From: Aciduliprofundum boonei T469
GTDB taxonomy: Archaea; Thermoplasmatota; Thermoplasmata; Thermoplasmatales; Aciduliprofundaceae
Reading direction: 5' to 3'
Assembly: GCF_000025665.1 (NCBI RefSeq)
Contig: NC_013926.1
Location: 90,001-122,000, forward strand
DNA length: 32,000 nt
Below the pieces are notes generated by a model. The model saw only the letters and a list, made by a program, of their open reading frames with translations. It was not told the origin of the DNA and made no database searches. Below are positions 22,401 to 31,509 of the stretch, in pieces. Position numbers and translations under genes: made by a program. The stretch's first letter is position 1; each line of letters begins with the position of its first letter.

Positions 22401-25400
22401 ATGCAGGTAAAATGCGATGAGCTTGCGAATGCTGTTAAAATAGGCATTGTGATATTGGATAAAAATTTCAAAATCGTAGATGCAAATAGAGAAATTCTAA
22501 TTAAGGGCAACATAAAAAAGGAAAAACTACTCAACACTCCATTTCTCCTGTGGTTTCCAGAAAAAATGAGGGGCGAGATTGAGAAAATTCTCCAAGATGT
22601 TTGGAATGAAAAGATTGAGTGGGGAAGGGGCTCATATGAGCTATACCCTATGGGTAGTGATAAACCCCTTATGGTAGATGTTCGCGTTAGAAAACTGAAA
22701 GATTCTTTGGTTGTAACAATAATCGACAAAAGCTGGCTCTATAAGACATTAGAGAAATTGAACATTGTACAATCAGCTGTGGATAACATGGCTGAAGGGC
22801 TCGTTGTCACGGATATAAATGGCACAATCCTATTCGTAAATCCGGGATTCACAAAGATGACAGGGTATAGTGAGGAGGAAGCGATAGGTAAAAATCCAAG
22901 AATCTTGAAGAGTGGTAAGCAAGACAGGAAATTCTACGAAAATCTGTGGAACACAATCCTATCGGGCAGAATTTGGAAGGGCTCGCTAATAAACAGGAGA
23001 AAAGATGGAACCCTGTACTGGGAAGAGATGACGATAGTGCCTGTAAAGGACAATAGGGGAAAAATCACTAATTTTGTAGCTGTAAAGAGAGATGTGTCTG
23101 AGAGGAAAAAATTGGAAGAGGAAGTGAGAAAAAAGGAAGAGTACTATCGCAAGATTTTCAACATGAGCAATGATGGGATATTCATAGAAACTCTTGATGG
23201 CAAAATTGTGGATCTGAATGAGGCAGCAGCCAAGATGCTTGGCTATAAGAGGGATGAGCTTCTAAAAGCTGGTATTGATGCCATAGTAACAGAGGAGTAT
23301 AAAGGAAAGATAAAATCAATAATCGAGAAATTGAAAAAAGAGGGATATGCACGCTTGGAAGTGTTTGACAGGCACAAGGATGGACACTTGGTCCCTATGG
23401 AACTGTCGATAAGTACGCTCCATATAGATGGTGAGCATCTAGCCCTCGTAATTGCCAGAGATTTATCCTTTAGGGAAGAGCAAGAGACAAAGTACAGAAT
23501 CTTGAGCGAGATGGCAAGCGATGCTGTTATTTTAATAAAAGAGGATGGGATAGTTGAGTATTGGAACCCTGCTAGCCAAAAGATATTTGGATACACGAGT
23601 GATGAGGCTTTGAACAAGCCATTTTGGGAGCTTATTGTGCCTAAAAAATATCTGCCAGGCACCAATTTTCAAAATTTAGTAAAGAAAGGTTTTGAGAAGG
23701 CCTCTTTACCCTACACAAGGAGATTTGAGGTTCAAGCCAAAAGAAAAGATGGAAAATTAATAGATGTTGAGCTTGGCATATCCATATTTAACATAAGTGG
23801 AAAGAAGTATGCATTAGCGGTTATAAGGGACATAAGTGAAAGGGTTGAGATGGAAAGAAAATTGAAAAAACAAACCGACGAGCTTAAAGCAATCTATCGC
23901 TTCTCCCTCGAGCTTGGCTCGATTATAGACCTACCCACTCTGTCCCAAAAAGTCTATGAAGAGATAAAGAAGCTCATAAATTTCGATAGCTTTTCCTTGG
24001 GCATTGTTGACTGGAACAAAAACACCGTAAGATTCGATATTCTAACTTCCGGGGAGAAAAATTTGGGACCGAAAGAGATTGAGATAGACCCTGAAAACTC
24101 GTTAAGCAGCTGGGTTATAACATCTAAAAGTGCTTTATTGATTAAGAACTTCGAGAAAGAAAAGGACAAACTGCCTGCAAAATGGATTAAGGTTGGAAAA
24201 ATGCCAAAATCCTGGCTCGGCGTGCCTTTAATGTATAAGGGTAAAGTTCTCGGCATTATAGTGCTTCAAAGTTTCAAGCCATACCAGTACGATGAGAACG
24301 ATAGAGATTTCATAATGACGCTTGCAGCACAACTTTCTATAATAATAGCAAATGCACAACTCTACAACGAGCTAAAAATAAACGAAGAGAGATATAGAGG
24401 AATTGTAGATTCAAGCATCGTAGGCATAAGCGTTGCCGATATAAGTGGAATTTTGACCTTTGTAAACGATAAATTTGCAGATATGCTAGGATACAAAAAG
24501 GAGGAGCTCATAGGAAAGAGCATATTGGAGATGACCACAGAAGATGGAAGAAAAGTCTTCAAAAAGATGCTAGATAGGAGAAAAGAAGGACTAATAGATT
24601 ACTACGAGAATGTTCTTGTTAGAAAAGATGGTAAAATTATATATGCCTTGATAAACGCATCTCCACTCAGAGATGCAAATGGGAATATAATAGGCTCAAC
24701 TGCTGTGATAGTAGATATAACGGAGAGAAAGAAAGAGATGGAAGAGCTAAAAAGGAAAAATGCTGTGCTAAGCGCTCTTTACAACATATCACTAAAAATG
24801 GGAGAAGCTCCTAATCTTGAAGAAATTTTCAAGATTACCTATAAGGAGCTTTATGATATTTTTAATTTTGACTGGTTCTTCATAGCCCTATGCGAGAATA
24901 ATATGCTCAACTATGTGATTCTAAAATCGAGGAATAAAAGCATTGTCAACTACAAATTAGAGTGCAATTCTGAACACTCTCTCGCTGCCAGAGCCGTGAA
25001 AGAGGGAAAGCCCCTCCTATTCAGAGATTTGCCAAAGGAAGTAAAAGAGGAAAATTACACATTAATTGAGGGCACGGAAGAAGTGCCTACGAGATCCGTC
25101 ATCATATTTCCACTTCTTTACAAAAATGAGAGATTGGGTGTCATAAGTATCCAGAGCAAAAGACCAAATGTCTATAATGAAAATGATGTAAAATATGTTT
25201 CCACGATAGCACATGCTATTTCAATATTCATAAAAAATATTCAGCTTTACAGGCAGATAAAGAGCACAAAGGAAAAATTGGAAAAAATAGTGAATTCTTC
25301 GCTTGTGGGAATTGATACAACCGATTTAGATGGAAATGTAACCTTTGTAAACGATGCACTTGCAGAGATGCTTGGATACAGGAAAGAAGAGCTCATAGGA

Positions 25401-27107
25401 AAGAACATATTGGAAGTTACGACTCCTAAGGGAAAAGAAATATTAAAGCATATGCTAGAAAGGAGAAGAAAGGGATTCAAAGATTACTATGAAAACGAAC
25501 TAATACGCAAGGATGGAAAAATTATACACGCTTTAATAAATGCAGCACCCCTCAGAGACGAAAATGGAAAAATCGTTGGAACTTTAGGCATAGTTTTGGA
25601 CATAACAAAGAGAAAAGAGATGGAAGAAAAAATAAAGAATGAGAGGGAGAGGTACAAGCATTTATTCGAAAGTATGGCGAATATAATTGTGCTCATACAG
25701 AATGAAAGGGTAATCTATATAAACAAGCAATTTGAGGCTGCCACGGGATATCAAAAAGATGAGGTTCTAAACAAGCCCTTCATTGATTTTGTGCATCCAG
25801 ATATGAGGGATATCGTGCTCAGCAATTATAAAAGGAGAATGCGAGGGCTTGAAGCTCCTGACCATTACATAATAAAGCTCATAGGAAAGAAGGGAAAAGA
25901 AATCTGGATGGATATCCGCACATCCGTTATAACCTGGGAGCATGGAAAAGCAGACCTCGTGAGTATGATGGATATTACCGAAATAAAGGAGATGGAAGAC
26001 AAGCTAATCACCTTGGATGAAATTGCAAGAAAATTGAAAATGGCTAAGAGCAAAGATGAAATTTATGAAATTGCCATACAAAATCTGTACAGGGTGCTCA
26101 ATCTTTACAATTCTGCAATTTTAGAGATAAAAGATCACACCTTGGTTATAGTTAAGTCCCGCGGCTATGTAAATCCAAACATAAAATTGGATGTAGAAAG
26201 TGAGAGAGGCATAACAGCATGGGTTGCCAGAAACAATTTACCATATTACTCTCCAAATACAGATGAGGACCCACTCTACATAACGGGAGTAAGAGGTGCA
26301 AAATGCGAGTATGCTACACCCATATCCATAGATGATGAAGTGTATGGGGTTCTGGATGTGCAGAAAGATGAGCCCTATTCAATAAGCGAGGACGATATGA
26401 AACTAATCGATTTGCTTGCAAACAACATGGCTGTTGCCCTAAGAAGCTTAGAAATTCAAAAAGATTTAGAGAAAGCGAAGAACTTGCAAGAGCTCATGCT
26501 CCACATTGTAAGCCATGATTTGAAAAATCCTCTTGCAGTTATTGAGGGCTACATAGACCTGATGAAAGAAGGTTTTGACCCGTCTTACTTGGATGCTATG
26601 CAAATGGCAGTAGAGGAGGCATCAAGTATAATTGAAAAGGCAAGATTGTTCTCGAAACTCGGAGCTGGAAAGATTGACGAAGAGAGAAAATTGATAGATT
26701 TAAAGGAAGAACTTGAAAATGTTTCCTCTCTGCTATCCCACAAGTACCCATCTGGAAAAATAAATATCTCTGTGGATAAAATTGAGATCTATGCATTTCC
26801 AATAATAAAGGAAGTTTTCACAAACATAATTGACAACGCATTTAAGTATGGGGCTAAGAATGTGGACATATCTCTGATTGATAAGGATGAGAATGTTGAA
26901 ATAAGAATTGCTGATGACGGCCCAGGCATACCTAAAGAACTGCGCAATACCATATTTAACACCTTTGAAACACTCTCAAAGAAGAAGGGAAGCGGATTAG
27001 GACTGAGCATTGTCAAGATGATTGTAGAGATGCACGATGGCAAGGTTTGGGTAGAGGAGAACAAACCCAAGGGAAGTGTTTTTGTAATACAATTACCTAA
27101 GGATTGA
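22401..27107 (+). CDS. Giant soluble multi-sensor histidine kinase (about 7 PAS + 3 GAF + HisKA + HATPase_c)
   Basis: 1568 aa with no hydrophobic TM segment seen. PAS-like units start near aa 1, 120, 245, 365, 663, 958 and 1085. GAF-like units span about aa 495-655, 790-950 and 1205-1355. The H-box is LMLHIVSHDLKNPLAVIEGY (His1372, nt 26514-26516). N box NIIDNAFKYG, G1 ADDGPGIP and G2 GSGLGLSIV are present. Confidence 0.9.
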   Translation: MQVKCDELANAVKIGIVILDKNFKIVDANREILIKGNIKKEKLLNTPFLLWFPEKMRGEIEKILQDVWNEKIEWGRGSYELYPMGSDKPLMVDVRVRKLKDSLVVTIIDKSWLYKTLEKLNIVQSAVDNMAEGLVVTDINGTILFVNPGFTKMTGYSEEEAIGKNPRILKSGKQDRKFYENLWNTILSGRIWKGSLINRRKDGTLYWEEMTIVPVKDNRGKITNFVAVKRDVSERKKLEEEVRKKEEYYRKIFNMSNDGIFIETLDGKIVDLNEAAAKMLGYKRDELLKAGIDAIVTEEYKGKIKSIIEKLKKEGYARLEVFDRHKDGHLVPMELSISTLHIDGEHLALVIARDLSFREEQETKYRILSEMASDAVILIKEDGIVEYWNPASQKIFGYTSDEALNKPFWELIVPKKYLPGTNFQNLVKKGFEKASLPYTRRFEVQAKRKDGKLIDVELGISIFNISGKKYALAVIRDISERVEMERKLKKQTDELKAIYRFSLELGSIIDLPTLSQKVYEEIKKLINFDSFSLGIVDWNKNTVRFDILTSGEKNLGPKEIEIDPENSLSSWVITSKSALLIKNFEKEKDKLPAKWIKVGKMPKSWLGVPLMYKGKVLGIIVLQSFKPYQYDENDRDFIMTLAAQLSIIIANAQLYNELKINEERYRGIVDSSIVGISVADISGILTFVNDKFADMLGYKKEELIGKSILEMTTEDGRKVFKKMLDRRKEGLIDYYENVLVRKDGKIIYALINASPLRDANGNIIGSTAVIVDITERKKEMEELKRKNAVLSALYNISLKMGEAPNLEEIFKITYKELYDIFNFDWFFIALCENNMLNYVILKSRNKSIVNYKLECNSEHSLAARAVKEGKPLLFRDLPKEVKEENYTLIEGTEEVPTRSVIIFPLLYKNERLGVISIQSKRPNVYNENDVKYVSTIAHAISIFIKNIQLYRQIKSTKEKLEKIVNSSLVGIDTTDLDGNVTFVNDALAEMLGYRKEELIGKNILEVTTPKGKEILKHMLERRRKGFKDYYENELIRKDGKIIHALINAAPLRDENGKIVGTLGIVLDITKRKEMEEKIKNERERYKHLFESMANIIVLIQNERVIYINKQFEAATGYQKDEVLNKPFIDFVHPDMRDIVLSNYKRRMRGLEAPDHYIIKLIGKKGKEIWMDIRTSVITWEHGKADLVSMMDITEIKEMEDKLITLDEIARKLKMAKSKDEIYEIAIQNLYRVLNLYNSAILEIKDHTLVIVKSRGYVNPNIKLDVESERGITAWVARNNLPYYSPNTDEDPLYITGVRGAKCEYATPISIDDEVYGVLDVQKDEPYSISEDDMKLIDLLANNMAVALRSLEIQKDLEKAKNLQELMLHIVSHDLKNPLAVIEGYIDLMKEGFDPSYLDAMQMAVEEASSIIEKARLFSKLGAGKIDEERKLIDLKEELENVSSLLSHKYPSGKINISVDKIEIYAFPIIKEVFTNIIDNAFKYGAKNVDISLIDKDENVEIRIADDGPGIPKELRNTIFNTFETLSKKKGSGLGLSIVKMIVEMHDGKVWVEENKPKGSVFVIQLPKD
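23883..24746 (+). repeat. Intragenic GAF-PAS module, copy 1 (HK aa 495-782)
   Basis: Paralogous to copy 2. The PAS halves (24393-24746 vs 25278-25628) are about 60 percent identical by my hand alignment (69 of about 117 positions), far above the other PAS pairs in the protein. Confidence 0.75.
24768..25628 (+). repeat. Intragenic GAF-PAS module, copy 2 (HK aa 790-1076)
   Basis: Offset 295 aa (885 nt) from copy 1. Shared strings include TFVND, EMLGY.KEELIGK.ILE.TT, DYYEN, RKDGKII.ALINA.PLRD.NG and DIT.RK.EMEE. GAF ends share PL.YK...LG.I..QS..P..Y.END. Confidence 0.75.
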
Positions 27108-27109
27108 TA

Positions 27110-28045
27110 ATGCGTGCTCCCTGCATAAAGGTTCCACTCTCCGAAGCGGAGAAAACAAAGAGAGAACTGGCTAAAATGGATGCTCTTGCAAATTTGAAAT
27201 GGAAAAAAAGAGATAGATATGTTATAATACCTTTAAAAAGAGAATTAGAAAATTTAGAAATATGCTATGAAGATTTTGAAGAGAAGAGGGGAAGAGAGAA
27301 AATCGGCTCGTTTGACATAATTGGCGATATAGCCATAGTGAAATACAAGGAAGATTTAGATTACGAAGAGCTTGCAAAAAAATTGGTTGATGGTAAGAGC
27401 ATTAAAAAATTGGCAGTTGATATGGGAGTTAGAGGCACGGAGAGAATAAGAGAGTTAAAGCTTATAGTTGGAGATTCTTTAGAAACGATACATAAAGAGT
27501 ATGGCGTACGCTTAAAAGTGGATATTTCAAAAGTTTATTTCTCTCCACGCTTGGCAACTGAAAGATGGAGGGTTGTGCAGAAGGTAAAGGATGGAGAGAC
27601 AATTTTTGATATGTTTGCAGGCTGTGGCCCATTCTCCATCCTGATAGCAAAATACAAGAAAGTAAAAATTTATGCCTGCGATATTAACCCATACGCAATA
27701 GAATACCTTGAGGAAAATATAAAAATGAACAAGGTTAAAGGCATAACTCCCATCTTAGGGGATGCAAGGGATGTGGCAAAAGAAATAAAGGCAGATAGAA
27801 TTATAATGAATTTGCCCCATTCATCCTTTGAATTTTTAGAATATGCAATTGAGGCAGCAAAAAATGGGGCTTTTATCCATTATTACGAAATTCTGCCAAA
27901 GAATAATGAAAGAGAGAAAGATATAATTGCCAAAGGAGATGAGGTGGGAGCAAGAGTAAAAATTCTGGAGAAGAGGAGAGTGCACGCATACTCTCCGAGC
28001 AAGGATATGTTTGCCTTCCTACTCCAAATATTCAAGTTTATCTGA
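27110..28045 (+). CDS. trm5: tRNA (guanine37-N1)-methyltransferase Trm5 family (Met-10+ like)
   Basis: The ORF track starts at a TTG at 27104, overlapping the kinase stop. The ATG at 27110 is more likely. Motifs: IFDMFAGCGPFSILIAK (SAM binding), ACDINPYAIEYL, and the MNLPHSSFEFL NLP motif. Confidence 0.8.
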   Translation: MRAPCIKVPLSEAEKTKRELAKMDALANLKWKKRDRYVIIPLKRELENLEICYEDFEEKRGREKIGSFDIIGDIAIVKYKEDLDYEELAKKLVDGKSIKKLAVDMGVRGTERIRELKLIVGDSLETIHKEYGVRLKVDISKVYFSPRLATERWRVVQKVKDGETIFDMFAGCGPFSILIAKYKKVKIYACDINPYAIEYLEENIKMNKVKGITPILGDARDVAKEIKADRIIMNLPHSSFEFLEYAIEAAKNGAFIHYYEILPKNNEREKDIIAKGDEVGARVKILEKRRVHAYSPSKDMFAFLLQIFKFI

Positions 28046-29981
28046 GTCGCACAACTTCCAAATTTTTGAGAGCCATAGTTTCCATACCATATCTCTTATG
28101 CAATCCTATCGCAAGGTCTATACATTTATTTTCTTCACCGTGGCATATTATAACTCTCTCTGGCTTTGGATTCATAGATGATATATACTGCACAAGTTGT
28201 CTCCTATCAGAATGCCCAGAAAAGCCATCGATGGTCTCTATGTTCATCTCAACTTTAACCGTAAATGGTTTTCCACCAAGGCTCATAAGTACTTCCTTTA
28301 ATCCGTTCTGTATTCTCCTTCCAAGAGTACCCACCGCCTGATAACCCACAAACACGAGGGTATTGCGAGGGTCGTCTGCCCAATGCTTGAAATATTCCAG
28401 CACCGGCCCTCCATTCATCATACCTGAGGTAGATAGAACAATGAGAGGGTCTGAGGAGCTTATGACCTCTTCTCTTCTCTCCACAGATTCAACCCTGTGG
28501 AAGATTGGAGATAAGAATGGATTTTCTTTCTTCTGGAATATGAGCTCACGCAGATCCTTGTTCAAATACTCAGGATAAGCAGCGTGGATAGTAGTTGCCT
28601 CCCAAATCATCCCATCAAGATAAATGGGCATCTCGGGCAATTCCCCATTTCGCATAAAGCTTTCAAGAACAAGCATGACTTCCTGACTTCTTCCAACTGC
28701 AAAAACGGGAATTAAAATCTTTCCACCCTTATCGTAGGTGCGCATAACCACATCTTTTAACCTTTCTGCCGCTTCTCTACGAGATGGCTGAAAATCCTCT
28801 CGTCCTCCATAAGTGCTCTCCATTATAACCGTCTCAACCCGAGGAAAACGGTTATGAGCCGCATTGAATAACCAAGAACGCTCGTATTTTATATCTCCCG
28901 TGATAACTATGTTGTAAAGCCCCTCTCCTATGTGGAAATGAGAAACGGAGGAGCCAAGAATGTGCCCAGCATTGTGGAATGTTAGCCTTATATCTGGAGC
29001 AATATCCGTTGTCTCTCCATATTTTAGCGTAATGGTGTGCTTTATCATTTCCTTTATATGCTTTGATTCATAGGGCACTTTCTTCCCTTCTGACTGGGCA
29101 ACTTTTACATAATCGATAAGCAGCATGGCTGCAAGGTCTCTAGTAGGAGCGGTCATATAAACAGGGCCATCGTAATTGTACTTGAATAGAAGAGGCACAA
29201 GCCCAACATGGTCAAGATGGGCATGTGTCACCACAACAGCATCTATATGCTTAAAAGGTTTTTCAGGATCACTGGCATCCCAAACCTCAGGTACATAGAG
29301 ATACGGTGCCCCACTCCATGGATCTGCCTTATCGGAGACAGCCACATTCAAGCCGCAGTCCACGAGAACTCTGCTTGTGCGAGTCATGATAAGCGTTGCA
29401 CTTCTTCCAACTTCTCTATATCCCCCAAGAGCCTCAACACGAACCCATTGCTCGCCGCTCAAAGGGGGCCTATTTATTCTCTTTCCAATATTTCTCAAAA
29501 TTTCCCTTCTTTCCTCGCGCACCAGTTTCAAATAAGCCCTCATCTCCTTGACTATCCTAGACTCCAACGGCGGTGCTCGAACAACGCGGGGAGCCCATCT
29601 GATTCTCTTCTTTATCTCATTTAAAAGCTGGCCATCCTTGCCAATAACAGCCCCTGGAGATTCTGCCTCTATAACAACCTCCCCAGTTTCTGGTACAAAG
29701 TAAATATCCCTTATCCCTGCCTCCTCGGGCACTATATTCAAAATTTCATCCTTGGCCTGAGCCTCATCCATAAGCAATGATGGGTCCGGTCTGATGAATA
29801 TCCTGCGTCTCACCGTTTGGGCCACTTTTTTTATAATATCTGGGTGGTCCGCAAAGAATTCCATATCTCGAGTATAAACCACCACCAAAGGGCCTTCCAA
29901 ATCTATATTTGTTATCTCGGCCTGGGGAGCAAGTTCATCCATTACTTCCCTGACCTGTTTCAGCACATCCTCCCACGGCAT
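28038..29981 (-). CDS. fttA: aCPSF1 / FttA: KH-domain beta-CASP metallo-beta-lactamase ribonuclease (archaeal transcription termination factor)
   Basis: 647 aa. An N-terminal KH pair is present (GAVIGKDGQLLNEIKKRIRW). The MBL motif is VVVTHAHLDHVG. Beta-CASP motifs follow, and the length is typical of aCPSF1. The ATG lies 4 nt after the psmB stop. Confidence 0.9.
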   Translation of the reverse strand: MPWEDVLKQVREVMDELAPQAEITNIDLEGPLVVVYTRDMEFFADHPDIIKKVAQTVRRRIFIRPDPSLLMDEAQAKDEILNIVPEEAGIRDIYFVPETGEVVIEAESPGAVIGKDGQLLNEIKKRIRWAPRVVRAPPLESRIVKEMRAYLKLVREERREILRNIGKRINRPPLSGEQWVRVEALGGYREVGRSATLIMTRTSRVLVDCGLNVAVSDKADPWSGAPYLYVPEVWDASDPEKPFKHIDAVVVTHAHLDHVGLVPLLFKYNYDGPVYMTAPTRDLAAMLLIDYVKVAQSEGKKVPYESKHIKEMIKHTITLKYGETTDIAPDIRLTFHNAGHILGSSVSHFHIGEGLYNIVITGDIKYERSWLFNAAHNRFPRVETVIMESTYGGREDFQPSRREAAERLKDVVMRTYDKGGKILIPVFAVGRSQEVMLVLESFMRNGELPEMPIYLDGMIWEATTIHAAYPEYLNKDLRELIFQKKENPFLSPIFHRVESVERREEVISSSDPLIVLSTSGMMNGGPVLEYFKHWADDPRNTLVFVGYQAVGTLGRRIQNGLKEVLMSLGGKPFTVKVEMNIETIDGFSGHSDRRQLVQYISSMNPKPERVIICHGEENKCIDLAIGLHKRYGMETMALKNLEVVRLR

Positions 29982-29985
29982 AAAA

Positions 29986-30618
29986 TCACTTCAATTTAAG
30001 TTTCTTCATTCTCTTCTCAACTTCCTCTTGACTCAATTCAACGAATCCCTCATCCTTTGTTATAGTGGCAACTGAAATACCATCACCACTTGCAGCATCA
30101 CGCCTCATAGCTGCATTTATACCCCTTATAACCAAATTTATACCCTCATCAAGGCTCAAATCATCCTTCCATCTATCTTCAAGAACACCATAAACAAAGA
30201 GAGAGCCAGAGCCAACACTTGCATATTTGTCCTCAATAGCCCCTCCCGCAGCATCTATGGCAAATACATGGTAGCCCTTACTATCAAATCCACCCACTAA
30301 GAGGCCTACATAGTACGGGAAAAATTTTCTCTCATTGAGAATATTGGATAGCAGAGTGGCGGCTGCACCCACGGGCATGTACATTTTTCTCCTTATCCTG
30401 TAAAGATTAATTTCTGCACGCATATAGCGCACAAGAACTTGCAGATCTCCAACGAGTCCAGCAGTGGTCATTCCAATATTATAATCCAACTTGTAGAGCT
30501 TTTGAGCTGTCTTATGGGCTATGAAAGTTTCCATACTTGCCCTATGCTCAGTACCCATCACAACACCATCTTTCGTCACAATTCCCACAGTGGTAGTTCC
30601 AGTTTTAGCGTTCTCCAT
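29986..30618 (-). CDS. psmB: Proteasome beta subunit
   Basis: The ORF track starts at a TTG at 30633. The ATG at 30618 is preceded by AAGGTG at 6 nt and gives MENAKTG then TTTVGIV, a short propeptide before the catalytic Thr1. Ntn-hydrolase blocks [16 protein letters not shown] and GSGS are present. Confidence 0.9.
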
Positions 30619-30656
30619 CTCTAACACCTTCAAAATTTTACGGGGTATAATCGGAT

Positions 30657-30668
30657 GGATATATATAA
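30657..30668 (-). promoter_or_regulatory. TATA-like box upstream of psmB-fttA (TTTATATATAT on minus strand)
   Basis: An A/T alternating run at 30657-30668 lies about 45 nt upstream of the ATG at 30618, compatible with a short SD-containing leader. Confidence 0.35.
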
Positions 30669-30681
30669 AGCTTTTCCGAAT

Positions 30682-31509
30682 TCATTTTTTGAATATTGTG
30701 AGAAAGTATATGCTAGTGGCAATCAACCCAGCATAGGCACTTGGAGAAACCGGAGATATAACTGCAAGAGCCAATCCCCCGAGTCCAGAAAAGAGGGATA
30801 TAAGGAAGGCAAAGAGCATAGTGATGGATACCGTGGAGGAAATCCTTTTAGAGGCTGCTGCAGGAATTATAAGCAAAGCATAAACCAGTATAGCACCAAC
30901 TCCCTTCAACAATACAACCACACCTATAGCCACAATCACATACAGCAAACTCTCATAAAGGGCAGGTTTTAATCCTACTGCCATGGCACCCTCGGGATCA
31001 AAAATTGAGAACAGTATTCTCCTATGATAAATTATGAAAATCAAAACAATGGCAATTACGGATAGAGTCATTATCTCGATATCCGTTTGTGATAAGAGAA
31101 GCAGGTCTCCGATAATAAGCCCCCAGGCAACCGATGCATACTCTCTAATCAAAGATAGAAACAGGATTGCAAGGCTCATAGAGAGGGCAAACATCACCCC
31201 CACAGAAACATCCACATTTTCCTTCTTATGAGATGCATATCCTATAGCAAGGGCAAACAATATAGAAAATATGAGGGCTACGAGAAGATAATTCACAGAG
31301 AAAAGGTAGAGAGCAAGAAATATACCCAAGGCAGCACCTGCCAAAGCCCCATGAGCTATTCCACTAACCAAGAAAGTGCTACCCCTGAAAACAGAATAAC
31401 TTCCAATAAGGGATGATACAATTGCTATCAAAAAAATGGCGATTATTGCTCGGAGAAGCCATACATCAATGGTGAACATGAACATCACCGCCCAGAACAT
31501 AACACACAT
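30682..31509 (-). CDS. ABC-3 family metal (Zn/Mn/Fe-type) transporter permease
   Basis: 275 aa, polytopic. The composition and length match ZnuB/MntB-like permeases, and it lies immediately downstream of the ATPase gene. The exact start is uncertain, with several in-frame Met codons between 31479 and 31509. Confidence 0.7.
   Translation of the reverse strand: MCVMFWAVMFMFTIDVWLLRAIIAIFLIAIVSSLIGSYSVFRGSTFLVSGIAHGALAGAALGIFLALYLFSVNYLLVALIFSILFALAIGYASHKKENVDVSVGVMFALSMSLAILFLSLIREYASVAWGLIIGDLLLLSQTDIEIMTLSVIAIVLIFIIYHRRILFSIFDPEGAMAVGLKPALYESLLYVIVAIGVVVLLKGVGAILVYALLIIPAAASKRISSTVSITMLFAFLISLFSGLGGLALAVISPVSPSAYAGLIATSIYFLTIFKK

Noticed and set aside
477-30972. Numerous 60-140 aa ORFs in the six-frame track lie antisense to, or out of frame within, the genes called above. 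Examples: 477-671, 1230-1541, 3360-3629, 5135-5446, 5644-5949, 5956-6384, 10807-11019, 14499-14852, 15071-15391, 22349-22729, 23243-23665, 26789-27070, 29208-29624, 30655-30972.
   Set aside because: Each is fully embedded in a longer ORF with clear family motifs. They have low-complexity, Ser/Leu/Phe-rich shadow-frame composition and no TATA or SD context.
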